IMG/VR virus record: IMGVR_UViG_3300020261_000002
Coordinates: 1 to 59,809 of that record
Strand: one strand, 5' to 3'
Source: a virus
Lineage: Duplodnaviria; Caudoviricetes
Length of the DNA stretch: 59,809 nucleotides
In this document: positions 1 through 7,843 of the stretch, in pieces
Position numbering within the stretch: position 1 is the stretch's first letter
How the letters are laid out: every line of letters starts with the position of its first letter
Made by a program: the position numbers and the translations under genes
The notes under the pieces: model-generated
What the model saw: only the letters and a program-made list of their open reading frames with translations
Databases searched by the model: none
Told to the model about the DNA's origin: nothing

Positions 1-876
1 TATATCACCTGCTCCAGTTCCTTGTTTACCTAAGAAACCCATAGTTGCTTTCATTGCCTGAGTTCCTGCATACAATCCACCAATTTCACTTGCAGTAGTT
101 TTAAATCCTCTGATACGAAGTTCAGGATCATTCAATCCTTTAGCAGAACCACGTACCATACCTCCTAGAGCAGTAAAGCTTCCTCTCTTAGGATCAACTG
201 TAATTAATGATCCAGCTTCTGGTTTAGCATACTGATATGCCATGTAGTCACGATATGTAGAAGGCATTACATCAGGTCTTTCTTTTTTAAATTCTCCATA
301 AGGTAACATCTGTCCTCTCTGGAAGAATACTGATCTACCTATACCTTCTGCCAGTGGATTACCAACTTCTCTACCAGTAGGATCTTCTTTCTTTGATTTA
401 GGATAAACAGCTTTCTCTCCTTTAGGTCTAAAGCCTTCACCAACACCACCTGCTCTACCTGCTAGATAAGCTCCCAAGAAAGGAGCACCTCTGGCAATTA
501 TTGCTCCAGCTAGTTTGTCATCTCTAGCATTGACCCCTACTCTTGCAGGAATATCATTTAATATTTCTTGTTGAACAATTGGAATATTTGTTGCTTTATA
601 AAGTGCTCTTTGAGCATCACCTGTAGTAAGTCCTGCTGTTGCTCTAGCAACTTGTTCACCTGTAGACTTCTTCATGAAATCTTTTATAGGTTCTGTTGAA
701 CGAAACTCTTGTCCACCAGACTCTACTACTTGTTTTTTAAGTTTATATCCCCAGGGAGTTTTATCTATCTGATTTTCAACAGACTCATATGCTTCCCCTA
801 TCTTATCTCTAAATTTATCTAAAAAATCTAAACTGTTACTTAGAGCGTTCTTTACTACTCCTTGATGAAGCTCCAT
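1..876 (-). CDS. Gly/Ala-rich putative internal virion protein, partial (runs off the left edge)
   Basis: Own translation, absent from the ORF track: ATG at 876, open to position 1 (MELHQGVVKNALSNSLDFLDKFRDKIGEAY...); follows the stop of 884..1558. Confidence 0.7.
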   Translation of the reverse strand, partial: MELHQGVVKNALSNSLDFLDKFRDKIGEAYESVENQIDKTPWGYKLKKQVVESGGQEFRSTEPIKDFMKKSTGEQVARATAGLTTGDAQRALYKATNIPIVQQEILNDIPARVGVNARDDKLAGAIIARGAPFLGAYLAGRAGGVGEGFRPKGEKAVYPKSKKEDPTGREVGNPLAEGIGRSVFFQRGQMLPYGEFKKERPDVMPSTYRDYMAYQYAKPEAGSLITVDPKRGSFTALGGMVRGSAKGLNDPELRIRGFKTTASEIGGLYAGTQAMKATMGFLGKQGTGAGDI

Positions 877-883
877 AGTCTAC

Positions 884-1558
884 CTAGCTAAGATTGCCTG
901 AATATGCACCTTTAAATGCATCAGAAACAAATTGTTGAGGATTCATTGGTGTAGCCTCTGTCTGATAATGCATGTAAGTATGTGTTGGTTGATTCTTTAT
1001 CTGTGCAATCTTTAATTGATATTCATACTTCTCTCTTTCACTTAATGCTTCCTGTGCCTGTACTCCAGATAGATCTCTTGTAGATGGTTTAATTATATCT
1101 ACGGATTCTGGTTCCTGTGCTGCAATAGTTGCACCAGTTGGAGTATCTTCTACCATTTCAACTCTTCTAGGTCCTGAGAATGCAGCATCTGTAATTCTTC
1201 TACCACCAACTTGTCCTGCTATAAATCCAGTTGTTCCAATTACCTTAGTTCCCATATTAGTGCCTGCTACTCCAGGGAATGTTTTTCCTAATCCTGTTTC
1301 TACTCCTCTACCTATAAGTCCAGCTGATGTTTGTCTTAAAACAGATTCACCAAGGGAACTTGTAGGTTCCTGTCCCATAGCTCTTGGTAGTCCCTGTTCT
1401 AAAGCTAAACCTACACCAGCATCAACAGCTGCTCTACCCATAACTTTCCCTGCTTCTTGCACGGCTCTACCACCAGCTTTGCCACCTACTTTTATTCCCT
1501 GTCTGACAAAGAATTTACCTAATTCTTTACCAGCCATTCTTGCTGCATTCATACTCAT
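884..1558 (-). CDS. Gly-rich hypothetical protein, putative virion/ejection protein
   Basis: 224 aa ORF, glycine-zipper-like segments, ATGA overlap with upstream gene. Confidence 0.6.
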   Translation of the reverse strand: MSMNAARMAGKELGKFFVRQGIKVGGKAGGRAVQEAGKVMGRAAVDAGVGLALEQGLPRAMGQEPTSSLGESVLRQTSAGLIGRGVETGLGKTFPGVAGTNMGTKVIGTTGFIAGQVGGRRITDAAFSGPRRVEMVEDTPTGATIAAQEPESVDIIKPSTRDLSGVQAQEALSEREKYEYQLKIAQIKNQPTHTYMHYQTEATPMNPQQFVSDAFKGAYSGNLS

Positions 1559-1971
1559 GAAACTTTCACTCCGTCTGTTGGGAACTGTCCATTAACTGGT
1601 GGATCTTTTGGATCTCCTTGCATATATTGTAAGATACCCTGTCTATTAGGTTTCTCCTCTTCATTGACTAACATTGACTTTCTAAACTTTGCCAAGAAAG
1701 CATCTGACTTTACCTGATCTGTAGGATCATTGAATTGTCCGAAATCATCTGCCTGTGCAGTTAAATTATTTCTAACAACTTCTGCTCTTTGATCATCAAA
1801 CTGACCAGGTGATTCTCGTTGATACATCTTGTTTGTATCTTTCATTTTTGCAATGAACTTATTTCTGAAGTCAGGACTAGTCTTGCCAGAAAAATCAACA
1901 CTATTATCTATAGGCTCACCCTTCCTAACTAACTGTTCTCTACGATTCAATCTGTAGTCGAATACTGACAT
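1555..1971 (-). CDS. hypothetical protein (FLxxF motif)
   Basis: 138 aa ORF in tight minus-strand operon. Confidence 0.7.
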   Translation of the reverse strand: MSVFDYRLNRREQLVRKGEPIDNSVDFSGKTSPDFRNKFIAKMKDTNKMYQRESPGQFDDQRAEVVRNNLTAQADDFGQFNDPTDQVKSDAFLAKFRKSMLVNEEEKPNRQGILQYMQGDPKDPPVNGQFPTDGVKVS

Positions 1972-1973
1972 AG

Positions 1974-2168
1974 TTATTTCTTTTTACGTTTACGTAATTT
2001 ACTTAGGGTTTTAGCTAAGTTAGCTTGGCGAACTGTACGAGTATCATACTTATCTGGATTAGATGTTACCTTTGATGCAAACTCTTTTACATCCATTCCC
2101 CTTTTCTCTGCTTTCTTTGTAAAAGCACCGGGTCTTTTGATAGCGTCTTTAATCCAGTTATCAGCCAT
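1974..2168 (-). CDS. small basic phage protein
   Basis: WIKDAIKRPGAF...RQANLAKTL pattern of a widespread small basic phage protein family. Confidence 0.7.
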   Translation of the reverse strand: MADNWIKDAIKRPGAFTKKAEKRGMDVKEFASKVTSNPDKYDTRTVRQANLAKTLSKLRKRKKK

Positions 2169-2194
2169 TGGATAAAACTATTTTAACAGTAGCC

Positions 2195-2380
2195 TTATTC
2201 AAATAAAGCTTTTTCTAATTGTGCAACAAGTAAGTCATCTACTTTGTTACCACTCTTGGCTGCTGCCTTTTTTAGTAGTGCTACTACGAATTTTTTTAGA
2301 AGATCATCTAAGTCTTCTGGGATTTTATCAACTGCTTTGTTTATGACGTTGATTGCAATAGGTAATAAAAATTTAATCAT
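2195..2380 (-). CDS. small amphipathic helical protein
   Basis: 61 aa ORF with GNKVDD-type motif seen in small cyanophage proteins. Confidence 0.6.
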   Translation of the reverse strand: MIKFLLPIAINVINKAVDKIPEDLDDLLKKFVVALLKKAAAKSGNKVDDLLVAQLEKALFE

Positions 2381-2404
2381 TGTTCTATGTTCTCAGTGTC
2401 AATT

Positions 2405-4501
2405 CTAATCCATAACATCTGAGATACCTTTTCTTAGATTTCTTTCAGATCTCAACTCATTGAGTAACTTCTGTCTGGCAGCTGGTTGTTCATCTACAGG
2501 TAATCTTGTTATGTCTTGTAAAGCTTGATTTGCTTTCTGTGTAAAGTCTGCACCAAGAGTTTTCTTATCTCCGGGATCAGAAGGTGCTCCTGTTCCTAAA
2601 ACTCCTCCACCTCTAGCAAGAGGTATTCCCTGTGGGTTTCTAGATATCATTTCTTCTCTAGCTGCTCTACCAGATTTAGTTAATTTTCCTGATCTATCTG
2701 TTCTTATATTTGCTATTACCTGTTCGTTTGTTAAACCTCCCATTCCTCTCTGTTCTCTTGGAGTCATTCCTACATTTTTGAAAGGAACGTCTGTTGGTTT
2801 CTTTGATGCTCCCTTAGAATATTCACCTTCTTTACTCATCGCACCACTAACAAACTTACCTAGTTCTCTACCATAAATTCCTGTGCCAGCTTCCCCTGCT
2901 CTTGAATCCTCTTGAGAAGGAGGGTTAACTACTTTTTTAGATGTTCTTCTTACTTGCTCCCTTGTAGGTCCTAGTTCACCAGCTGGTCTTTTTCCTGTAT
3001 ATTGTAAATTTTGTCCTGTAGCTCTTTGACTTAAATCTACAGTAGAAGGTCCGACTATTGCTCCTGGTACATCAGCAGTTTCTCCCTCAACAAGATCTTT
3101 TCGTGTAGGTGTTTCTGTGACATTGACATCCATTAATCTGGCACGACCTTTTATTTCCCTACCAATTGCAGTTTTAGTTCCTGTTTCTAAATTTTTAACA
3201 GACCTCATTTCTTTCATATCTCTTGAGAGAGGTGCTCCACCATCATCTTTACTAGTTGTTGCTGTTTGTATTCCTTTTCCTGTAGTTTGTGCTTGTGAAT
3301 AATCTTGAGTTCTTTCTTCATCAAAAATTTTATCAGCTGCAAAAGATGCATCCTCTGCACTCAATCTTGTTTTAATAGCTGCATCTTGTTTTACTGCTCC
3401 ATGAAATCTTCTAACTAGTCCAGGATTATTTTTATTTAAAACTTTATTAGCAAGTCTTTCTGCACGTCTTTTATCACGATCACTTGCTCCAGAAACATTC
3501 CCCTGTGTTATCTGATTTAGTACTTTTCCATATGTACTATCGAACTCACCTTTATACTCATTAATTGTATTTGCTACACGAGTTTCTTCGTGTACAGCCA
3601 TCTTGGTATCGTGCTTACTTTTTAGAGTAGGTTCACCAATAATTTTATTAACTTTTGGTGTTTTATTATCTGCACTTTGTAGTAATGCTGTATTCTTGAC
3701 ATCCGTTGCTACAGCTTTGGGTTGCTGTGGTCTAGCTCCTGTTTTAATTGATGCAACAAGATTGTCAATTTTACCCATTGTATTTAGTTCATCTCTTGTA
3801 TAAAATTCATCATTTTCTGCAGAAGGTTGAGATGCAACTACTGGTTGATTTGTCTGTGATTTTTGTTTTTCAATTTCATATCTTGCAGCTCTAACACCAC
3901 TCTTATCTACACCATATCTTTCTGCATTAAATTCTTGTAATTTTGCTCGTGCAAGTGCCTTTTCTTTTTCTGCAGGAGATAAATCTCTACCAAGAATTGT
4001 GCCAGGTGCAGGCTTTGTATTATCTGCTTGTTTATAAGCAGCAAAAGCAGGTGTTTCTTGTGCAATAGGTGTAACTTTTTCTTGTTGTAAAGCACTATAA
4101 GCTGCTTCAGATAGAGGTTGCATACCAGCTGAAGACTGTTGTTGTACTGGAGGTGGTGTTATATCACCCTGATTAGGTCTTGTATATGTTTTTGTACGTG
4201 GTTTATCACCTAAATTACGTAAAAATGTAGTTACAGCATCTCTAGTTCCTTGTCTTCTAGCTGCAGCTACTGCACCAGCTACTAAACCAACTCCTAAAGC
4301 TCCAGTTGCTATTTGTTTACCGGAAATATTAACTTTTTCTGCTTTTTCTTCTGATTTTCCCCCTTGTGCCCCTTGTTTATCCATATTTTGGACAAATTTT
4401 TTGACATCAGGACCGACTGCAGCCTTTTCTTTTGCAGTTCTAGGGTATCTATTACCTGTCATCCTCGACCATAAGGAGTAATCTTGCGGAGATATGGGCA
4501 T
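2405..4501 (-). CDS. large low-complexity protein, putative internal virion protein
   Basis: 698 aa, K/Q/A/G-rich, one hydrophobic Gly-rich segment (IATGALGVGLVAGAVAAA). Confidence 0.6.
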   Translation of the reverse strand: MPISPQDYSLWSRMTGNRYPRTAKEKAAVGPDVKKFVQNMDKQGAQGGKSEEKAEKVNISGKQIATGALGVGLVAGAVAAARRQGTRDAVTTFLRNLGDKPRTKTYTRPNQGDITPPPVQQQSSAGMQPLSEAAYSALQQEKVTPIAQETPAFAAYKQADNTKPAPGTILGRDLSPAEKEKALARAKLQEFNAERYGVDKSGVRAARYEIEKQKSQTNQPVVASQPSAENDEFYTRDELNTMGKIDNLVASIKTGARPQQPKAVATDVKNTALLQSADNKTPKVNKIIGEPTLKSKHDTKMAVHEETRVANTINEYKGEFDSTYGKVLNQITQGNVSGASDRDKRRAERLANKVLNKNNPGLVRRFHGAVKQDAAIKTRLSAEDASFAADKIFDEERTQDYSQAQTTGKGIQTATTSKDDGGAPLSRDMKEMRSVKNLETGTKTAIGREIKGRARLMDVNVTETPTRKDLVEGETADVPGAIVGPSTVDLSQRATGQNLQYTGKRPAGELGPTREQVRRTSKKVVNPPSQEDSRAGEAGTGIYGRELGKFVSGAMSKEGEYSKGASKKPTDVPFKNVGMTPREQRGMGGLTNEQVIANIRTDRSGKLTKSGRAAREEMISRNPQGIPLARGGGVLGTGAPSDPGDKKTLGADFTQKANQALQDITRLPVDEQPAARQKLLNELRSERNLRKGISDVMD

Positions 4502-5032
4502 TTACTAGCTAAAAATCTTAGATATAACGATTTTAAGTGGGCTCAACCTATAATCTACCCCCAAAAAGGTCCTTATAACCCTCAAATTGGGGTAAAAATT
4601 AGGAGAGACACTTGGTGTAATACCTACGCAACGACTAGTGCGAGGAAAAAAAAAGAATATATACATATATACTACCTGACTACGTTTGGTTGTTTATTAT
4701 GTGCATTTTCTACCAAATATTAGGGTATTTCCCCTTAATATCCCTCCAATTTCTAATAAGAAGAGGGTTCTCCGCCCGAATCTGCCAGGAGATGAGTCGG
4801 TTATAACTTATCGATTTGGCAAAGGCTGTGGAAACTGAATTTATTTTTAATTCTGTCTACGTTTAATTCTTATTTAACTTCTGTGTAAGTTATTAATCGG
4901 AAGAAACGATAGGTTTTGATGTATTTATTATACACCTCCTGAGCATTGAGGATAAACTGCTTTGTTGTTTACATTAACTACCATGTTAAAACTTCAATTA
5001 ACTATGTTCCTTATCCTAATTCTTATTTGATT
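4502..5032. other. divergent non-coding region between late (-) and early (+) blocks; possible genome end or packaging region
   Basis: No credible ORF, strand switch, short G/C runs and imperfect inverted repeats. Confidence 0.4.
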
Positions 5033-5392
5033 ATGGGCATACGTTTATACCCTTGCACAGATAACACTGCAAACCTTGCAATGCTTATCGATGTGCCACA
5101 GGAGACTTTTGATCGCCTTGACTACATCAAGGAACAATGCCAGGAAGAGAAAGCTGACTGGTATTACGAATACTATGAACGCATCAGTGATGATGAAGAA
5201 CTTCAGAAAGCTGATGACTTCTTAATTTATGGTTGGGGTATCTTTAACTACCCAACTGATTCAGAATATGGTGATACATTTAAGCCTGACTTCGCTTCGA
5301 GGTTGTTTAATTCGGCAACCAAGAAAGATATGTCTAAACACTTATCTGTTGATCAAGTCATTCAATTATCATCTGGACTACGTTGGTGCTAA
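5033..5392 (+). CDS. early hypothetical protein
   Basis: ATG at 5033 within track ORF 4946..5392; first gene of the + block. Confidence 0.7.
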   Translation: MGIRLYPCTDNTANLAMLIDVPQETFDRLDYIKEQCQEEKADWYYEYYERISDDEELQKADDFLIYGWGIFNYPTDSEYGDTFKPDFASRLFNSATKKDMSKHLSVDQVIQLSSGLRWC

Positions 5393-5394
5393 CT

Positions 5395-5718
5395 ATGATT
5401 ACTCCTAAAACTCCTCCAAAGAAATCTGCGACCATCCGTGGATTTCTTTTCAAAACTTTACTTTTTGATGCTGCCATGCGAATCACTCCTCCTCTATCTA
5501 TCTTTGCCTTTGCACTAGCTGGTGCTGCCATTTACAAGGTATCACCTGACAAAGCAAAGAAGACTATCAAATCTACCATGTTAGATCTTAGAAATCAGTT
5601 ATCTGATTGGGTAAAACCAAATGTAGATGATGGATTTACTGAGTCTGACTACGTTTATGAATGTAGTAACGATGATGTGGATGTAGATGATAAATCTTAT
5701 CCTCCAGAAACTGAGTAG
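5395..5718 (+). CDS. early membrane-associated hypothetical protein
   Basis: Hydrophobic segment (PPLSIFAFALAGAAIY) and acidic tail. Confidence 0.65.
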   Translation: MITPKTPPKKSATIRGFLFKTLLFDAAMRITPPLSIFAFALAGAAIYKVSPDKAKKTIKSTMLDLRNQLSDWVKPNVDDGFTESDYVYECSNDDVDVDDKSYPPETE

Positions 5719-5793
5719 GTATTACTCCTACTTGGTGGAAGGTGCAAATCCTTCCATCATCCTTGACCTAGACATGTCACAAAACTGTCCTTT
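5713..5793 (+). ncRNA. structured intergenic leader: hairpin, T-loop-like hairpin and H-type pseudoknot
   Basis: gagtagg/cctactt; tggtggaagg-TGCAAAT-ccttccatca; tgac/gtca stem whose loop gaca can pair with downstream tgtc. Confidence 0.55.
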
Positions 5794-5814
5794 GTACACT
5801 TTATGGAGATTTCC

Positions 5815-6183
5815 ATGCTTAACACAACATTCACTGGTAACATCACTTTCGCAGAAATTGTGGAACAAGATGCCAAGGTAGAAAACCCATTCCTCAAGAT
5901 CGTTGTTGCTGTCAACGACGTGAATGACAATGGACTACGTATTACTGTTCGTACCAAGAATGGTTTACTAGAAGCTGCCCGTAACGGTGAAGATCTAGTC
6001 GGTGCTCGTGTAGTTATCAACGGAACTATAGATATTGCATCTATCCGTTCACACTACGTCGATGACGAAGGTAAGTGTGTAGCACTCAAGCAACCTAACG
6101 CAAGAGTGTATGCAAATTCAATCGAAAGAATGAATCGCAAACCTGCACCTGCCACAGTTCAAACCGAACTAGCTGTCAGCTAA
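5815..6183 (+). CDS. OB-fold single-stranded DNA-binding-like protein
   Basis: SSB-like pattern (NTTFTGNI...LKIVVAVND...VGARVVINGTI); GGAG SD before ATG 5815. Confidence 0.55.
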   Translation: MLNTTFTGNITFAEIVEQDAKVENPFLKIVVAVNDVNDNGLRITVRTKNGLLEAARNGEDLVGARVVINGTIDIASIRSHYVDDEGKCVALKQPNARVYANSIERMNRKPAPATVQTELAVS

Positions 6184-6248
6184 CTGACGAAACTCTCCTT
6201 CGGGAGAGTCGACGGGAGATGACCTACCCGTCCTGAAGAGTCAGGTCA
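6184..6248 (+). ncRNA. type II hammerhead ribozyme with pseudoknot
   Basis: P2 ctgac/gtcag, GAAA, P3 ctctcc-ttcg-ggagag, GUC site, P1 gacggg/cccgtc, CUGAAGA core; L1 tgacc pairs with 3' tail ggtca. Confidence 0.93.
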
Positions 6249-6274
6249 CAACTGTCCTTTATGGAGATTTTTCC

Positions 6275-6430
6275 ATGCTTAACACAAGACTACTAACTAC
6301 CCAAGCCCAGTACAAATACACCAGGCTTGAAACTGCTGGTCCTAAACCAAACCAGTCAGTCGGTTCTTACATCAAAGAACAGACGCAGCCAAATGACTAT
6401 TGGCAAATGTTCTATGGATACAGAGGCTAA
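6275..6430 (+). CDS. 51 aa hypothetical protein downstream of the ribozyme
   Basis: Own translation MLNTRLLTTQAQYKY...; GGAG SD; TAATG coupling to the next gene. Confidence 0.6.
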   Translation: MLNTRLLTTQAQYKYTRLETAGPKPNQSVGSYIKEQTQPNDYWQMFYGYRG

Positions 6431-6672
6431 TGACTACCATTCAACCTTGGTTGTATCCAAACAACCCTTCTGTAGATCGGATTGTATACATTCCTCTACA
6501 ATCTGCTCATATCCTTGAGTATCAAGAAGAAATGATTGATGCTGAAGGTAATGTCTACTGGAAGACTGTGGACTCCACCACAATCGGAGGAGCTACATCT
6601 GTAAAAGAATTTCTTGAACAGATGAAAGACTTCTATGAATCTAAATCCTGTCGTAAAGATAGGATGATGTGA
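6430..6672 (+). CDS. early hypothetical protein
   Basis: ATG overlapping upstream stop, inside track ORF 6400..6672. Confidence 0.65.
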   Translation: MTTIQPWLYPNNPSVDRIVYIPLQSAHILEYQEEMIDAEGNVYWKTVDSTTIGGATSVKEFLEQMKDFYESKSCRKDRMM

Positions 6673-6677
6673 TTCTC

Positions 6678-6717
6678 TCCCTCTGTCTCTTCGGAGGCAG
6701 ACTGAGGGATTCCCTCA
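6678..6717 (+). ncRNA. intergenic UUCG hairpin with alternative pairing
   Basis: tctgtctc-TTCG-gaggcaga (one G-U), closed by tccc/ggga; overlapping palindrome tgaggga-t-tccctca. Confidence 0.5.
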
Positions 6718-6741
6718 TTGTTCTTTACCACCCTAACTACC

Positions 6742-6972
6742 ATGTGGTCTTCTAAACTTTATCAAAAGTCAGCAAGAGATGCTTGCTTACTAAATATTCG
6801 CAATGACTTTGCAGAATTAATTATGGTTGATCCTGTTTCAGGTAACAGTAAACACATCTATTTACATGCACCTTTGAAACTAATCAACAAGAAAGTTGAA
6901 GAACTAAAACAGAAAGGTTATAAAGAGCTAGACTCTATTAATTTATCTTTAAGAGGTCTTGCTGCTGTATGA
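6742..6972 (+). CDS. early hypothetical protein
   Basis: ATG 6742 within track ORF 6718..6972. Confidence 0.65.
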   Translation: MWSSKLYQKSARDACLLNIRNDFAELIMVDPVSGNSKHIYLHAPLKLINKKVEELKQKGYKELDSINLSLRGLAAV

Positions 6973-7169
6973 ATAACCTATCTCCTATCACCCGTGCCTT
7001 CCTAACAGTTGGCATCGGTGTATTTATAGGCATACTACCTGTGTTTATGATCATCAACATGCTATCTACTACAGCTATCAGATTCTGTGGTAGATATGGT
7101 TCTGACTACACCATCGTTAACCTTGATACTCCATTCGGAACTATCAAGAGATGTGTAGCTAAGAACTAA
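6969..7169 (+). CDS. small membrane protein
   Basis: One TM helix, ATGA overlap. Confidence 0.6.
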   Translation: MNNLSPITRAFLTVGIGVFIGILPVFMIINMLSTTAIRFCGRYGSDYTIVNLDTPFGTIKRCVAKN

Positions 7170-7172
7170 ATC

Positions 7173-7428
7173 TCTGGGCAAACTTCAAGAGGTAACAGTA
7201 AGAGCAAATGCTCAACCGTCTGACATAATCCCTCTTGTAAATGTAAGTCCCAGACTACTCCCATCTCTAGTGAAGATTGTTGTAGTGCTCATCTGCAGTC
7301 ATGGATAATGCCTCTGCAGTAACTGACACTAACCTCAACCAATAATCTTTGTAGGTGCAAATCCTCAATGGGAGACTTGGACTATGCAATGATATGAACT
7401 TTGGTAGTTGGTTCGTTGTGTAGTCCAA
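7173..7428 (+). ncRNA. three adjacent structured RNA domains
   Basis: Nested stems 7173-7254; tRNA-like domain 7258-7374; 16-bp G-U-containing hairpin 7377-7428. Confidence 0.6.
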
Positions 7429-7454
7429 CTCTGTCCTTTACTCTTACTATTACC

Positions 7455-7841
7455 ATGACCATGAAAACCTTTTGGGCTTGGAAACATTCCATCAACAGCA
7501 CTGAGGAAAACAAGAGTGGCTATACCAAGATCCTCGCCAGAGATATGAACTCTGCTTACAGAAAAGCCCACAAACATTACAAGCATCACATGTTTAACAG
7601 TGACTTCAACGTCAGTGTGATGAGTGGCGAAACAGATAAACATGGCTATGCAAAAGAAGCACAATACAGTACAGGTAAGTGGACTAGAAAAGCCTGGTCA
7701 ACTTACAAGTATTTCCATAGCTTGGAACCAGAGATACAGGAACGTGTTCACAATCACTACAAAGAATTTGGTGATGACTGGAAAGGTCAAGACAAAACAG
7801 ACCTACGTTTCCTTGTAGCTTTATTAAGACAGGAGAAATAA
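7455..7841 (+). CDS. early hypothetical protein
   Basis: ATG 7455/7461 within track ORF 7401..7841. Confidence 0.7.
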   Translation: MTMKTFWAWKHSINSTEENKSGYTKILARDMNSAYRKAHKHYKHHMFNSDFNVSVMSGETDKHGYAKEAQYSTGKWTRKAWSTYKYFHSLEPEIQERVHNHYKEFGDDWKGQDKTDLRFLVALLRQEK

Positions 7842-7843
7842 TC

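Noticed and set aside
4920-4934. TGTA-N7-TACA as an NtcA site
   Set aside because: The spacer is one base short and the context is AT-rich
5733-5759. GGTGCAAATCC hairpin as a tRNA gene or canonical twister-sister
   Set aside because: No acceptor, D or anticodon arms and no GCAAG/GCUCA internal loop; kept only as a structured leader
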